Assembly: GCA_001179505.1 (NCBI GenBank)
Contig: CDMY01000448.1
Span: 10,692 to 74,691 of the forward strand
Direction of reading: 5' to 3'
Origin: Vitrella brassicaformis CCMP3155
Taxonomy: Eukaryota; Protista; Chromerida
Length of the DNA stretch: 64,000 bases
The notes below the pieces were generated by a model. The model worked only from the letters and a program-made list of their open reading frames with translations. It was not told where the DNA came from and made no database searches. The stretch's first letter is position 1; each line of letters begins with the position of its first letter. This document shows positions 12,501 through 26,526 of this stretch, one piece after another. Position numbers and translations under genes: made by a program.

Positions 12501-13366
12501 CAGCGGGGCGACGCACAAGATGCCGCTGCGGACGCGGCAGCGACAGATACAGAGGAGTGGGAAACAGGTATGCGAAAGACCCACACAGGACGGGTCACAC
12601 AGACGGACAGACATGTCCTGTGCGTGTCTGTGTGGCTGCAGCACCAAGTGGCGACAGCGGGCCGGCAGCCGAAGATGTCAAGGACGACCAGCCGCTGACC
12701 AAAGCTGATATCGAGAAGCGGCGTGCAGCGGAAATGGACGCACTGCGGCAGACCAACTTCGTCGCCCGATATCACCGAGACCGCAAGAAGCACGCCCAGC
12801 AGCAGATGACCAACAGGCGACCGCCCCTCTCACCGAGCAGCGGCAGGCCACACCGCCATCCCGCCCCTTCTTCACAACTTGATCGCTCGAAGCAGGCGAT
12901 ACGGGATGACTTCATTCACCGCTTCATCAGCGGCAAGATGGCCACCTTGCCGCCCTTGTCGCCCGCCATGGTGCCGCAGACACACCGGCAAAAGAAGGAG
13001 GGCATCGTCGAGCAGCAGAGGAGTAGGCGGCAGAGCAAGAGGGAGCGGGAGAGGGAGGGGCAGATGCTGGCCTGGAGGGAGCAGGAGGAAGAGCACGACA
13101 CAGATGGCGATGACGATGGGGTCTGGGGTGAGCAGCACACAGAGCTGGGCATGTACGGCAGAGATGAAGAATCGGACGACGACAACCACCAGCAGCCACA
13201 GACCAGCACCAACAGCACCACCAGCAGCAGCACCACTGAGGGCGTTGCGTATGACGACTTGAACAAGAGGGTGCGTGATAGGCTTCGCCGCAGTGTGTTC
13301 GACGGGTTGAAGGACAGATGGGAGATTGAGAGAAACAGGCAGGGGTCGGGCAGAGTGAATGAATGA
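9528..13366 (+). CDS. RluA/RPUSD-family pseudouridine synthase-like protein (S4-like N-terminus, probable organellar targeting peptide, long C-terminal extension); catalytic Asp apparently replaced
   Basis: Spliced exons give EGVRLDRWVLKH (S4-like), ILYKDSDFLAINKPFGLLT, PRLIHRLAGDTSGVLLLAR, RRTYWAVTAGRP, FGLRHQIRAHC..LVGDPLY, LHLHSRAITF and VTAPMPPHM. These are the ordered RluA-family motifs. The Ser/Arg/Pro-rich N-terminus starts at ATG 9528. Confidence 0.85.
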
Positions 13367-13459
13367 ATGGATGAGTGAATGGACGGATGAGACGTACGAA
13401 TATCAGTACGGATGGACAGATAACTGCACTCATGTACGCCTGAATGCATGTCGTCTAGC

Positions 13460-16400
13460 TCAGCTGCTGGCATCCAGCAGATCATCCCAATCATCTCCTT
13501 CACGCAGTCCGTCCCCCTCATCCATGAGCCTCGCGTCATCCCTCGGTCGCCCCGCAATGGATACATCCTTTGACACACGCGGCGGTGGGGGCACCCACGC
13601 ACGACGCTGGTGCTCATATCGACTGACAAGCGGCACACACACACACACACACAAAGATGTCTCGCCGGCCGTGGTCGTGTCGATTTGCTGGTAAGTCGTT
13701 CCTACCCGGTGTCGTCGAAGTTGGCGGGCCGTCTCCTCGATCTGCCTGCACCACCGGCAGCTCCAACAGCACCTGTACCGCCGGGGCTCCAGCTGATGGT
13801 GCTTCCCCCAACGCTCGTCAGCCCGCTGGACAGGAAGTCTCCTTCGGGGATGCCCTGTGCCTGTGCCGGCCTTCCGGGTCCAAGGGTAGCCGCGTCTACG
13901 GTGTCTGCCTCTTCTTCTGGGGGCATGCCCAGTGAGCCGACAAGGCTCGTCGGCACCACCTGGGCTGTCCGCCCCCGTGCCCTCCCTTGACGATGATACG
14001 GTTGCCGGCGGCCGCGACTGTGGGACATGAGATGTGTGTGACCTGGCAGGCCTACTGCTGAATAAATGGTATTGTGGGTGTGTGCTTACGAGGGGTAGAT
14101 GGGCGGCAGGGCCTGGCTGTCCGAGACAAGGGCGTCCTTGACGTATCGCCCATAGTCTGACCTCTCTGTCAGACGGACAGACAGGAAGGTGACACAATAA
14201 ACAAACAACACAAGCACGATTGCTCGCTCACCTTTCTTTTTCCGTTGGTATGTCGCAGGTCCTCTCTTCCTCTGTGGTCTCTCCCCCGGCGGCCGCCAGA
14301 GATCCCCAAAAGTCTCCGGAATTGGCTCGAGGGCCGTGTCTTGCCAAGCCAACCCATCCTGTTGGGCGGTCGGCTTGCGTGAGATCTTGCCCGACTCTGG
14401 CACATGTGAATGCACGATCGGAGGAATTGCTGCCCTGCGACAGACGGAAGGTCTGGTCTGTTGGCTCACTTGCGCGTTGAATAGTGTCTGTGATGCCAAA
14501 CAGTGAGGCTGAAAGAAAGAAGGAGACATTCACATGGACACCGACAGTTGATGAGTGTGCAGGCCTGTCTGTTGGCATGCTGACCGTCAGCGGCGATATC
14601 CTTGAAATGCTGGGCCACCCGCGACGATCAATGCAGAGAAGAAGTGCATGACGCAACCAACGCACACAGGGAGGAAAGGAAGATATGGAGCCGCATGGCA
14701 CCCATGGCATGGAACACACGCCCTTTACCTGTCCCAAAGCCTCAATCGTCTCGTCAACCTCGTGAATGCTACACACACACACAGAGATGCGCACACATAC
14801 AAAGGGGGAGATACGACTGCTTTCGAGGCACAGATGATCCATTGTCTCGCGTACCGTTGTTCCTCGGTCTCCAGTCTGAATGAGAGGATCCTCTGGTGCA
14901 GCTTCCGACAAGCGCGCATCACTATCTTGAGCCTGTGCATTGCAGGGATGGGCATATAGAGGCGGTCGATCGCAGTGCATCATCTCGGTCGCATGAAGTC
15001 GTTCACCTGGCCACCCTGAGATTCTGCCTACGGTAATGCTTGATGCCGTGAAGCATCACAGAACTGCAGACGGACAGCCCACGCACTGAACCTCGCCATG
15101 CCTCTCCCTGCTTGTTTTGTTTCCTTTCAGGTCGCTCACCCAGCGATGAGAATGGTGGCAGACCAGAGGTGGCGGCTGGAGCACAGAAAGTAGAAAAACA
15201 GCGACGGCACCACGTCACGATTGGCCAAGAAAGCAACAGCCAGCATGGTGAAACCCAAACCGCTGACTCGGCACAGGCAGCAAAGGGGTGCACTTCACGC
15301 GCATCCCACTGCGCGATGATTCGTTCGTTCTTTGGTCAGTCACCTGAGGATCGTTCGAAGCACGATGAGAAACCGGACGGCCCAGTCGCGCTTCCGGGAC
15401 CGGATTTTCTCTCGCAATATCGCTGCTGACATGCGAGTCTGGCATTTGGAAACGTGACGCCTCACGTTTCTGCACGATTCTTGTTTGTTGATCGTCCCTA
15501 TGTACCTGCAGGTCTCTGATTCTCGCCAGGAGGACGTTCTCCTTGGGGTCTTCCCGCTGCAGCTCGCCTGGATCCACCATCATCAACTCATTCAAACACC
15601 TACCACACACACCGCACAAATGCACAATGCACAAACTACCATCCATCGTCTCTCCCCGTCATCGCTCCGTGTCCGACGCACCTCTGTAGGTCTTTCATCT
15701 CGAAGTATTCCTGTGGCTTCCTCTGGAGCACATCAAATTCCCACAGGGGCGTGTCTCCGACTTCGGTGCCAGCCTCACTCGCCAGCTCGGCGTCAGGGTG
15801 CACATAATGCAGCGACGTGTCAGGACCGTACCCAAATGACGGGGGCGGCGTCACCTCGATAACCTCTGGCTGCCCCTCTGCCTCAGATATCCCCGTCCGG
15901 AGCGTCTCGGCCGTCGGCCGCACTCGCACTGAGGGGAACCAAAGCGCGTCTGTCCGGTGTGCTGAGTGGTGTGCTCTTGGGTCTCCTCACCGCCTTTTGT
16001 GGTCAGTTGTGAGACATCGGTCTTGAGTCGTTTAGCTTTGCTGCGCTCGAGCGGAACGAGGCCCTTCTTCTGCGGCACGGAGATCTTGGGGAGCGTCTGG
16101 GGATCCGTCCAGACGCGCTGGAACTCGGGAGCGGTGTACCACTGCTGACGCAAGGCCTTCACAGAGGGACGGAGGGAAAGAAGAGAAAGGACCGACGCAT
16201 CTATCGATCGAGCTCTGTTTTGTCTTACCTTCCATATTTTGCATCGTTCGTCGGGTGTGAATGTGACCCCCTTTGGCATGCAGCTCCCCACCAGCTCCAG
16301 GATGGTGTTGGCCTCCAGGTCGTCGATGCGTTTGTACTTGGGAATGGACTGCAGGCCGGCTTGAGCAAAGTGGCGGTAGAGGTGGGAGAGGCCGAGATCG

Positions 16401-16812
16401 CTGAGGATGACGCGCATCGAGATGGTGGGCACCTTCCTTTTGGGGCCCTCCCCCTCAGTCTGACTCATCTCTGTAAGGAAGACACGCAGACAGACAAATG
16501 AGTACGTGGACAGCTTCCGCTGGCACCAGCCAAACATGTTTTCGCTCTACCTTTCTCCTCTTCTCCCATTGGCCGATAAACTCTCGTCGCAGCCTCCTGT
16601 CCCTGATAAGCAAAGCCCCATGTCGGCCACGCCGCAGGCTGATCCTTTGGCAATGCTGCTGCACCAGTGGGAAGTTGCCCCTTCTCCTCGTCTACATCTG
16701 CAGGCCCTTGCTCCAGGCCCCTCCCAGACCGGCCGCTGATGTTAAGCAGGGGAAGCCGGAATGATGTGCGTTTCCTTGACGAAGACTGAGACTGCCCTTG
16801 AGACGACGCCAT
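13460..16812 (-). CDS. Hypothetical low-complexity protein with a possible SAM-like helical segment (could be more than one gene)
   Basis: Minus-strand ORF pieces 16465-16812 (MASSQG..), 15851-16537, 15636-15929, 15215-15646, 14228-14983 and 13460-14197 are flanked by GT/AG sites. ILSDLGLSHLYRHFAQAGLQSIPKYKRIDD resembles a SAM domain start. Confidence 0.5.
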
Positions 16813-17185
16813 CGTGCTCCAGGCCCTGTCAGTGGCCTGGTCACGGAAGCTTTGCAAATGGCGCTGTAGTAGCGAGATGCTTTGTTCACCAAGTCCCCTT
16901 TCTCTTCGGGACTCGCGAAGCTTGCTGAGCGTGGCACGCTCTTACGAAACAAAGTGTTTATCCGTTTGTCCGTAATTGGGGCCAAGCTAGCAATTCCCTT
17001 CGGTTCCCTTGGGGGGGCTTGCATGCGAGCTTGGGGGCTTTGCATGCATTTCTTTCGCGAACGCGAGCGAGTCCCGCCAGCCCGACGGAGGAGGGAAGTT
17101 TCATTTCCAAAATAAAAAAAGAACGAAATCAGAGAAGTCTGCGAGCTAAGCGTGCAGAAGATCTTGAGCTCCATTCCCTCTAGCC

Positions 17186-19187
17186 ATGTCTTCTGGATTC
17201 ATCCCCTCGCCGAACCGACCACCTCCTTCGAGCGCGCCCACCTGCTCGCCCTCTGAGCGGCCTGGCGACCACAACCTTGACAGCTGGAGGGCTGGCGAAG
17301 CGAGATCGCTGGGCGAGAGTCTGTCCTTCCCGTGTGCCGCCTGTGGCAAGAAGCCCGAAGACGTGCCCGATGGCGTAGGCGTCTTTCCGAAGTGCAATCG
17401 GTGCAAGCTCGTCAGCTACTGCGGTACGATGGATGTGACAACCATTGACGCATGCATGACCGCATGTGTATTGTTATATTTTGTCTGTGTGACTTACTTA
17501 GGGACTGAATGCCAGCGGAGTGACTGGCCGTCGCACAAAGACAAGTGCAAGATGGGCAAGGAGGAGATGGCCCGTACCGTGGCAGGCTCGTATGAGTACG
17601 TGCTTCGATGGAGTCATGGCCACATGGATTGGCTGCCCTTCTTTGAGCACATGCGGCGGCGTCAGGGGTTCATCCTCGGCGACATCTGCACCTTTCCAAC
17701 ACCACCAAGCTGAAAACCTTCTCCCTGAAGCTCTCGGCCATTGATGCTCGCAACTGTGCCGTCGGCAGTACCTGCATCCTGCGCCCAAACTCGACTTACG
17801 AGCCCACCAGCCTCGCCCACTACGGGATGGTCACCGACACGTTGGCTGACCGGTCTGTGATAGTCGCCCACGGTCAGCTGCGAGTATTCCCCATCACGCA
17901 GAGCCACCCGCACAGCAACCCGGTCTTCTTCGAGGCAAGCCCCGAACTGTCGACAATGCTCGCGATGCTACAAGTCTGTGCGCAGACTGCCCTGGAAGAC
18001 ATCATCGACGAGACCACTTACGCGCCCCTGTGCCTGATTCCTGTCTTTCCAATGAGAGACTGGGGCCAGGCCTCCCGAGTGCTCTTCTGGCAGGTGAGTG
18101 CAGTGCAGTGCAGTGCAGTGCCGTGCAGTGAGGGAAGATACCTTGCAGCATCGTGCGTGTGGCTGGGTGTGGCTGGGTGCATGGTGCGTGCTGCCTGTGT
18201 CTGTGTCTGTGTCTGTGTCTGTGTGTGTGTGTGTGTGTGTGCAGAAGCTGAAGCTGGGCATCAGGATTGATGGGAGAGGGGACTGTTCCTGGTACTTCCT
18301 TCCCTCAGTGGTGTACACGTCGATGGAGGCGCTGCTGCGCGGCGTTGCCAAGGTCTTCGGGGCGGGAGTCATGGACCGCATCAAGATGGCACACATGACC
18401 ACCTACGACACGTGCGCGACCCGTGCAACACACATGGCACACACACGACGCTTTCAAATATGTGTGTGTGTGTGTGTGTATTCAGATACGTCGGGACGAG
18501 CGTCGGCGTGTTGACGGCCCCAATCAAGGACATGATGACGCGAGCAGCGTGGCAGGCCAACATCGCGGCCTTGATCCAGCACACGGAGCTGACCGACACA
18601 CTGCAGGACCTCTACCGCACCAGGGCACAAGAGGTGAATGAATCCGTGTGGCACAAACACACACACTTGTGTATGTTATGTTTGTTTGGCAGCGGCGTGT
18701 GTCCGCCGAGGTGGTTGAGAAGGAGGTCATGAATGCGGCCATCGCCTTCACGGACCTGGTGCGCGCCCACCTCATCGAGTACACCGAGGTCAGCACGATC
18801 GCTCAGAAGGAGACCAACACAGACAGCCCAGAGAGAGATGAGGTGTGTAACACAGACAGCGGTCTTCTTGGCTGTCTGTCTGTCTGTCTGTCTGCTCTGT
18901 GCCCACAGGACATGAAGAGCAACACGTACGAGAGAATGTCACTGCAGGACCACTGCGGCCTCCCATGCCACGAGTGGCGGCGCATCAGAGCCGAGCTGCG
19001 GGACATTTCTGTCGAGAGCTATCCGGAGGACGTCAAGGCTGTCATCAACATGCCCGAGTGTGAGGAAATGCAGCCAGAGAGCGTGGTGGGACGGCTGTGC
19101 CGCCTGCAGGCCGACGGCACCTATATGCCCTCCTTCCTTATGCTCCTGCGGGCGCATGGCCTGCTGCGTCTAGACAGGAGCAAGTGA
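17186..19187 (+). CDS. MYND-type zinc-finger protein
   Basis: CAACGK...KCNRCKLVSYCG/TECQRSDWPSHKDKC has the canonical MYND C-x2-C..C-x2-C..YC-x3-CQ..W..HK..C pattern across an intron. Further exons run to the stop at 19185-19187. Confidence 0.85.
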
Positions 19188-20162
19188 TTGGCTGATGGGG
19201 TGCATGGGTGGTGTCGGTGGACAAACGATGCGGCGTCTTGTCTGCCGCCGTGGCGATAGATACTCATTTTGATGTGTTGCGACTGACTGCTGATCTAGAT
19301 CGTGTCGCAAGTCATCGGACAGATCCAGCCCGTCAAGCAGCGTGTTGAGAGGTGCGATTACTGCATCCGTGTCTCGGTGGTCTCGCATGCAGATACGCGC
19401 GCGAGCAGGCAGCCGCTATACACACACACACATGGGTCCACCAGAACGGCACACACACAGACAGACAGACAGACAGACAGGCGGTCGGGCGTAAGGGGCA
19501 TCCATCCATCTATCCATCATGGTGGCCACACAAGACAGACAGACGGACGGACGGTCTCTGTAGGCGACGAGAAAGTGAGAGAGAGAGGGAGGACTATACA
19601 CACGGACGGAGACCGTCACACCCACGGCGAGCACACAGCCAAGCCACTCCACACAAGTGTCAGTCAACCCGTCAGTCATGTCGTACACACAAGTTGAAAG
19701 GTCTTTACATCCATCCATCCATCTGTAAGAAGAGAGAGAGAGAGAGAGAGAGAGGCTCCAGCCAGCAGCCAGCCAGTCATCCACCCACACACATCCGCGC
19801 ACAAACACCCACACCCACAACCACGCCGACACACATATCATGGCTTGCAAGGACAAGCACAAGCGGGCCGTTCGCTTGTCAATTCTCCCTCCCTCTCTCC
19901 CATGCCGGCATGCATTATGATACTGACTTACATGGCAACGGCGAGAGAGGCGGGGCAAGGAAAGAAAGGTCTGAAGGGGAGGAAGGAGTGACATCTAATG
20001 CAATTCCTAGGTGGGCAGCCAAAGTCCGGTGGGATAGCAGCAGCCAGGTAGGCAGGCAGTAAGATGGGACGGGCGCGGCGCAATATATGGATGGCATGTG
20101 GTGTGGTGTGTATCCTACCTTCTTTGCTCGCTCACGCTTTCCCAGCCAGCTCGGTCCTTCGG

Positions 20163-23100
20163 TTACTCGTCTACAGAGGGCTGCAACACGCCCTCGCCCT
20201 CCTCTCCACCTCCCCCTCCCTCTCCCTGTTTCTCCTTTTCCTCTCCTGTGTCCTCCTGCTGCTGCTCTGGTGTGTGGAAGGGATTACTACAGGCCACCAC
20301 CCGACCGCCGCTCTCGCCCTCCCACCCCTCATCAGTCACCCGGCTCTCCAACGCCCCCGCCTCGTTGCCGATGCTGGTCGACCGGGTGGAGACAGCGTTG
20401 GTGTGGGTTCGGCCCCTCTCCACCGTCGTCTCGGCCTTCTCCTTGTCTGGGTGCATGTGTGGGTGTATGTGAGGGGCCGACGGGCCGTCGTCGGTGAGAG
20501 AGGGGGGTAGCGGCAGCTTGGCTGATATGTCCAGGCTGCTAAACGACACCAGCCGGCGGTCGGGGTGGCTCCTCGCCCGCTTCGGATCCGACACAGCCAT
20601 CACCTCGCCATCGCCGTCCCAGTCGAGCAGAGGCTTCCTCTCGTCAGACTGGCTGTGAGGGGTCACTGGCCGATTGCCCTCCTCCTCCGGCTGCGGGATC
20701 GACAGCGTGACAATGGGCGGAAGGGGTGGCGATCCCTCAGGCACCCCACACGCAGACGCCAGCTTGGGTGCTGGTGGGGGTGGGGGTGGGGGCGGCGGAT
20801 GAGGAGGGGGAGAGGAGGCGAGGGGCTTGCGCGCCGACGAGCGGTCGAAGGAGAGGGACCGGACTCGCGCCTCCTTGTTAGTCTCCCGCCTGCCCCCCGA
20901 CACACACGTGGCCGCCACCTGCCGAGCAGTCGCCCTCCTGTCCTCGCCATCCCTACCGCCGTGTTGCCCCCCGCCACCGCCCCAGTGGTGGAAGAAACCT
21001 ATCATGGTCTGCAGCAGCCGAGACGACGCATTCCCCCTGTTGTTGTGGTGATGCTGCTGCTGGTGGGGGTCCGTGCCGTTCGGCACCGAGCACCGGATGG
21101 GCGGGCTGGCAGTGGTGGGTGTGTAGGGCTGTGGGGAGGGCTGTGGGAGCGCCGGGGGGCTTATCGGCTTGGCTTTGTCATTGCTGGTGGCGTTGTTGTT
21201 GTTGCTGCTGCTGTTCTGCTGTGTCTCTGCGGTGCCGCCGGTGTCTGCGGAGAAGCAGGGAGGGGAGGGGGGCGGGCGGATGGATGCCGTGGCGCTAGAC
21301 GACATGGAACGGGCAGGCTGAGCGAATGGACAGACGGCAGGGAAGCAGACGGAGGGCTGTGTCCATGTGTGTGTGTGTGTGTGTGTGTGTTTCATTCTGC
21401 GGATCGGATGTGTGTCTTACGGGTGGCTGTGGGTAGGCGACCAGCCGTTGGGATGAGAGCAGATCCGCTGAAGACCTGCACCTTGGCAGCGACTGCTGCT
21501 GCTGCTGCTGCTCACGCGACAAGACCTTCGCCCCACGACCGGGCGGACGCACCAGACGAGCCTGACAACCAACGAGGCACAACGACACATGACACGCGTC
21601 CAGATCTCCACAGTTAGGTAGGTAAGTAGATGTATGCATGCATTGTTGATCTCGTCTGTCTCATCTCTCCTCACCCCCTCTGTCTCGTCATGTGTGCCGT
21701 TGATCATCGTCTGCTCGGCTGCTGCCCCTCCCGCCGCGCCTATCCCCGCCCCTCCAGCTCCCTTGCTCGGCCTGCTCTGCGGCGGCAATGGCGGCCTCGA
21801 GCGACACGACATGCGCCCCTTCCTCACCACCCCACTCCCACTCCCACCACCCCCACTCGCACCATTCGCCCCCTCAGGGACATCCCCATGCAGCGCCCCT
21901 AGCTGCTGCTGCTGCTGCTGCTGCTGTCCGCCAGTCACTGCCCTCTTATGGCTGTTGATGGCCGGCAGAGACAGCCGCCCCCTCTGCATCTCCCTCTCCC
22001 TCTCCCTCTCCCTCACGGTGGATGTGTCTTCAAAAATGTCGATGTCGTGGAACTCCTCCAGGTCGTCTAGCATCAGGTCGTCTGCAACTTTGTTGTTGCT
22101 GCTGCTGCTCCTGCTGCACCGGCCGCTGAGGGAGACGTCCATGAAGTTGGCGATCCGGATGGAGGGCCCCTGCCCCTGCTGCTGCTGCTGCTGCTGTGTG
22201 GGGGCGGGGTGGGTGATGGGAGGCAGCTGCTGCTGCTGGTGGTAGTTCTGCTGTTGGCTCTGCTGCTGCTGCTGCTGCTGGCGTGCGAATGGGAGGGGCG
22301 TGAGGGGAGCGAGTGGGGCTGAGGGTGAGCGGATTGGGAGGTGGTCCAGGTCGTCATCCATCGACAGCGATATGTGCGGCCTGACATCAAGAGCGAGGGA
22401 GGGAGGGAGGGAAGGGAAATGTGTGGATGTGTGTATGGTCTTTCTCCTGTTGGTAATTTGCGTGTTGTGTGTGTGTGTGTACCCTCCAGGTCCGCGTGTG
22501 ATGGTGATGAGGTCCTCTGGCCGCGTGAGCCACGAGTGGAGATGCTCCTCTAGCAGACGCAACTCCTGCACACAACATCCACACACACAGACACATCCGG
22601 CACAGATGGCACAGATGGCACGGTGCTATCTTATCTATCTGTCGCTTCATGTGTGTCGTGTGTGACGTGCAGGTGAGGTGTGTACCTCCGATAGTTCCTC
22701 GATGGTCGGCTGCTCGAAGAGCTTGATCTTCTTGCAGCTCACGTGCAGACAGTGCCTGCAGATAAATGGATGGATGGGAAGGAGAGAAGAAAGGAAAGAC
22801 ACACAAGACAACAAGAGAGAGATCCGCCGATACATCTATCTGTCTGTTACGAGGCCCTCCCTCCCCTCCTGCGTGACGTGACTTACCTCTTGATATGGTT
22901 GGTGGCGTGCATCTCGTATATATCGTCCCCGATGGCCACCAGCCGCGTCACGCCCTTAAGGCGATGCACCTCAGACAGAAACGTGTTACACTGATGGATG
23001 ACCCACACAAACCAGACACCAAAGAAACATCCAACCCCTCCATCCGTCCACCCATCCACACATCAGATGCCCCTCCCCCTTCCCTCCGCTCCGCTCTTTG

Positions 23101-23743
23101 CTCCCCCACTACTTTCTCCTCTGACCTTCCACTGTGCGATATCGTTGGCAAGGCACTGTCCCGCAGCCGCCAGGTTGCCGCTATCCTCCCGGGCGCTGAT
23201 CCGCCGCACCCCCCTCTCCCTCAGCCACCCCTGCAGCACCGGCATGAACTCACCGAGGCTCGTGTCCAGCCAGTGACGCGTGGCGTTGGACACCACCACC
23301 AGGGAGCCGAAACGCGACGCCACCTCGAGCACACGGATGGCCCGCTGCTCCAGCCGACGCAGCTCCGCCAGCAGCTGCTCATGCAATTGGCTCAGCCGGT
23401 CTATCTGAAGCCGCCTGAGGCCGGACCTCGGAAAGATAGTGTCATCTGCAACACAAATGCCACCACAAATGCCGTCAGATAGCAAGAACAGCCCATTTGC
23501 AATGGAGAACGTGATAAAGAGGCCTTTTCTTCGTTATTTTTGGGTACCCCAGTCCCATATGAGGAGGTAGGGGGGGTGGTCGGTGGGCAGGGCGTCGCCC
23601 ACAGCGGCGGTGATGCTCGTGGAGCGGCTGCTGTCGTTCGAGCAGGCGGGGGAGGCCGCCTGCCCGTCGGTAGGCTCTCCTGCACCATTGAGCTCTTGTT
23701 TCTTGGGCTCGGCCGCATCCTCACCACCAGTATTGGTCGTCAT
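20163..23743 (-). CDS. HAD-superfamily-like protein (DWDDT motif) with a long polyQ/Pro low-complexity C-terminus
   Basis: LIWDW|DDTIFP (motif I, split by a phase-1 intron), GSLVVVSNATRHW, RRISARE, QWK, LVAIGDDIYEMHA and KKIKLFEQPTIEEL appear in the order expected for this uncharacterised HAD-like family. Downstream exons are ORFs 21417-22586 and 20163-21395. Confidence 0.75.
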
Positions 23744-23834
23744 ACCGACCTACAAACCATCCAAACGAAAGCGGACGAAAACTCTGTTTACCCTCCAGAT
23801 GCGCGCTTTTTCTGTGATCTTCGTCCAGAGCGAG

Positions 23835-24444
23835 ATGAGGTCAAATATCTTTCTTGTCACGCGGCGTTTGCCCTTCCTGGCACCACGGCCCTTTTCGTCG
23901 CTCCGCGTGCGATTCGAGGCTGCGGTGGTGCCGAAAGTGAGAGCCACAGCAGCCCTCCTCTGCCCCGCAGACCACCAATGGCACAAGAGCAGCAGCAGGC
24001 AGAGGAGCAGCGATGAGGACTCGAGTCGGCAGGTGCTGATGACGGCGTTGGCCATGACGGGTGTGTTCTACGTGGGTATGGAGGAGACGAGGAAGCGCCG
24101 GCGGCAGGCAGCCCACTGCATCATGGCCACGCCGCACCGTGAGATCACCATGCACAGCAAGGACGAACCCAAGCTCAAACACACCGACACCGCCTGGAAG
24201 CTCTTCATGGTGAGGGTCACATGGCAGCCAGAGAGGGAGGGAGGGAGGGAGGGAGGGAGGCTCACATCCGCGCAGCAGAGGTCTGTGTGGACACACGTGT
24301 GTGCGTGTGTGTGTGCAGCGTCAGAGCTGGTTCAACTGGATCTGCGGTGTGTTCTGGCTGACGTGGAGCACCATCGTGTGCGTGACGTGTGTCGGCATTA
24401 TCCTCTTCCAGCTGTGGCACTTCGACTCCAACAGAGCACTCTGA
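23835..24444 (+). CDS. Small two-exon membrane protein with a mitochondrial-presequence-like N-terminus
   Basis: Exon 1 reads MRSNIFLVTRRLPFLAPRPFSSLRVRF...VLMTALAMTGVFYVGM...WKLFM. A phase-0 intron spans 24210-24318. Exon 2 reads RQSWFNWICGVFWLTWSTIVCVTCVGIILFQLWHFDSNRAL*. An alternative ATG lies at 23799. Confidence 0.6.
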
Positions 24445-24840
24445 GGCCACACATAGACAGACAGACAGACAGATCCGATGATGCAACGCGGCAATTTTGC
24501 TGTCACCTCCTCAGCATTGTGTGTATTGTATTATTGTAGCAAGACCCGAGTTCGCCTGCTTGTGTGTGTATTGCCCGAAGGTAATGCTGTGTCGGGCATG
24601 GCAGTTGGTGGGCGGCAGTGAGGATGAGAGAGAGGGTGACCTTTTCTCTCTTTGGTCTGGCTGTTGCCGTGAGTGAAACTGACAGTGGAAGGATGTGCTG
24701 ACTGACGTTATGTGAAGGAGAATCCCAAGAGAAAGTTCAATTGACAGAGGAGTAAACCATGCCGACAGACAGACACCATGGCATGTGTAGCGTCATTCAA
24801 TCACTCTATCCACGCAGTCTGTCCATGTGTGGATGGCTAC

Positions 24841-26441
24841 TCACTCGTCATCCATGCGCCTGCCCTGGTCTATGACCTCCCTCTCTAGTCTGACTTGTCT
24901 GAGCATACCACGGGCATGGCGGACGGTAACGGGATAGCACTCATCCACAGACACACCACCACTCACACGCCCCTCCGTCGTGTAGATCTCTATGTGTCCA
25001 CGCCAAACTATGTGTGCACGCCAAACTAGCAGGTGCGCAGCGACGGTCTCATTGGGCCGGTGGCCACACAGCACCACGGTGCGTCCCGCATGTCTATACT
25101 CGTCATGCATGTCCGCCACGATGCAGTCGCCGAAGGCCTCTGTGGCCATGAGGGACCCAAGGCGGGCATCAGTGTGTGGGACTGACGCCGTCAGGATCCT
25201 CCTCTTGCCCGCTGCTTCATGCCTGTTCCAGTAGCACATGAGGTTGTCCGTCATGAAGGCCGAGAATGACGAGTAGCGGTACCGACCGCCGTCCTCCTCG
25301 ATGGCCGGGTCGTCTGTGTCGTAGGGCTGGTTGCCCGGGGCCGCATAGGCCGGCAGAATGCGGAAGCGCACATTGCCGACCTTGTGGGGATAGATGCGGT
25401 GGTGGTCGTCACTCTCGTCACTATGGTCCTGCTTGCACACACAAACACACAATCAGCGGACACCATACCCATGTGCCCCTCCCTATTGGGCAGTTCAGTC
25501 AATGCCTACGTCGTCGTCAGGTTCCATCGGCTGCCCCCCACCGCCCGCCTCGCCGTCGCCATCGCCAATCAGGGCGTCCTGCAAACCGCCACACCATGCA
25601 CCACACACACGAGCCGTCCATCAAAGCACCACACCACATCAGTATGTCTGTTGCTGACCTGGCCACCGTCAGACGCCATGGGCCCCTCTTGGCCGTCGTC
25701 CTGAGTAAGGGGCACATGTGTGGGTGCAGTGAACACACTCATGTCTTGATGTGGCCGCCACCGACCTCCTCAGCGCCACCATTGTCCACCGGCTCGGCCA
25801 GATCATCCTCTTGCTCGCCACTCTCGTCAGGCCCACCATCCTGGAGACACAGACGCATGGCAACGGCATGACGACAGCACACGTCACTCAGGAATGTCCC
25901 CTCTGATGTGACTGACCTCGCCAGCGTCATTCTCGTTCGTCTGCTCGTATGTGGTGAGGGCCAGGCTGCCGCCCTCGTAGCTGAGCAGATGGCCGATGGT
26001 CTTGCAGATGGCCAATGAGAGCGGCAGCTGGTGCAAGGCGGCCCTGGTGGGCCAGTGCTGCTGCACCCACTCAGCAGATATCACCAGCGGCATAGCGAGG
26101 GTCAGCCGATAGATGGCCGCCACACGCAGGAAGCCGCCCAGCCAGGCCCACAGACGGCCACCACGCTCCAGCAGATACAGCACGCGGCACAGGTAGTCGA
26201 TGCGCGAGAGGCCGCCGGGCAGCGGAGCCGCCCCAGCCGTCCCGCCATGTCTGTCGACGTCAATCAGCCCAGTGAGCTCATAGCGCCTCAGCAATGCGTC
26301 GATGCGCCGCAAGATGAAATCACAGCCGATGACGGAGGTGCCGCTGGTGTGTGACGAAGATCTGACTCGGATGGCATCACGGACGCCCAGATTGGACAGC
26401 ACTCGACGCTGCCACACCTGCAGAGGCAACACATGCGCCAT
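24841..26441 (-). CDS. Member of a lineage-expanded hypothetical family (F-box-like N-terminus LPLQVW..VL..LGV.D), copy 1
   Basis: ORFs 25884-26441 and 24841-25452 are joined through small exons. Nucleotide similarity, including introns, to 36893-38417 on the opposite strand is high. Confidence 0.7.
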
Positions 26442-26526
26442 TTGCGGCCATTTAATTCATTCGGGAAAGAAACGCGAGCTTCAAGGCGAGCTTGGCATGG
26501 GATCGGGGGGCGACATTCCGGCTTCT

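Noticed and set aside
17560-17720. Apparent frameshift in the MYND gene (ORF ends TFPTPPS* while coding continues in another frame)
   Set aside because: A phase-1 intron ending at the CGTCAG acceptor (about 17666) reconciles the frames, so no mutation needs to be invoked.
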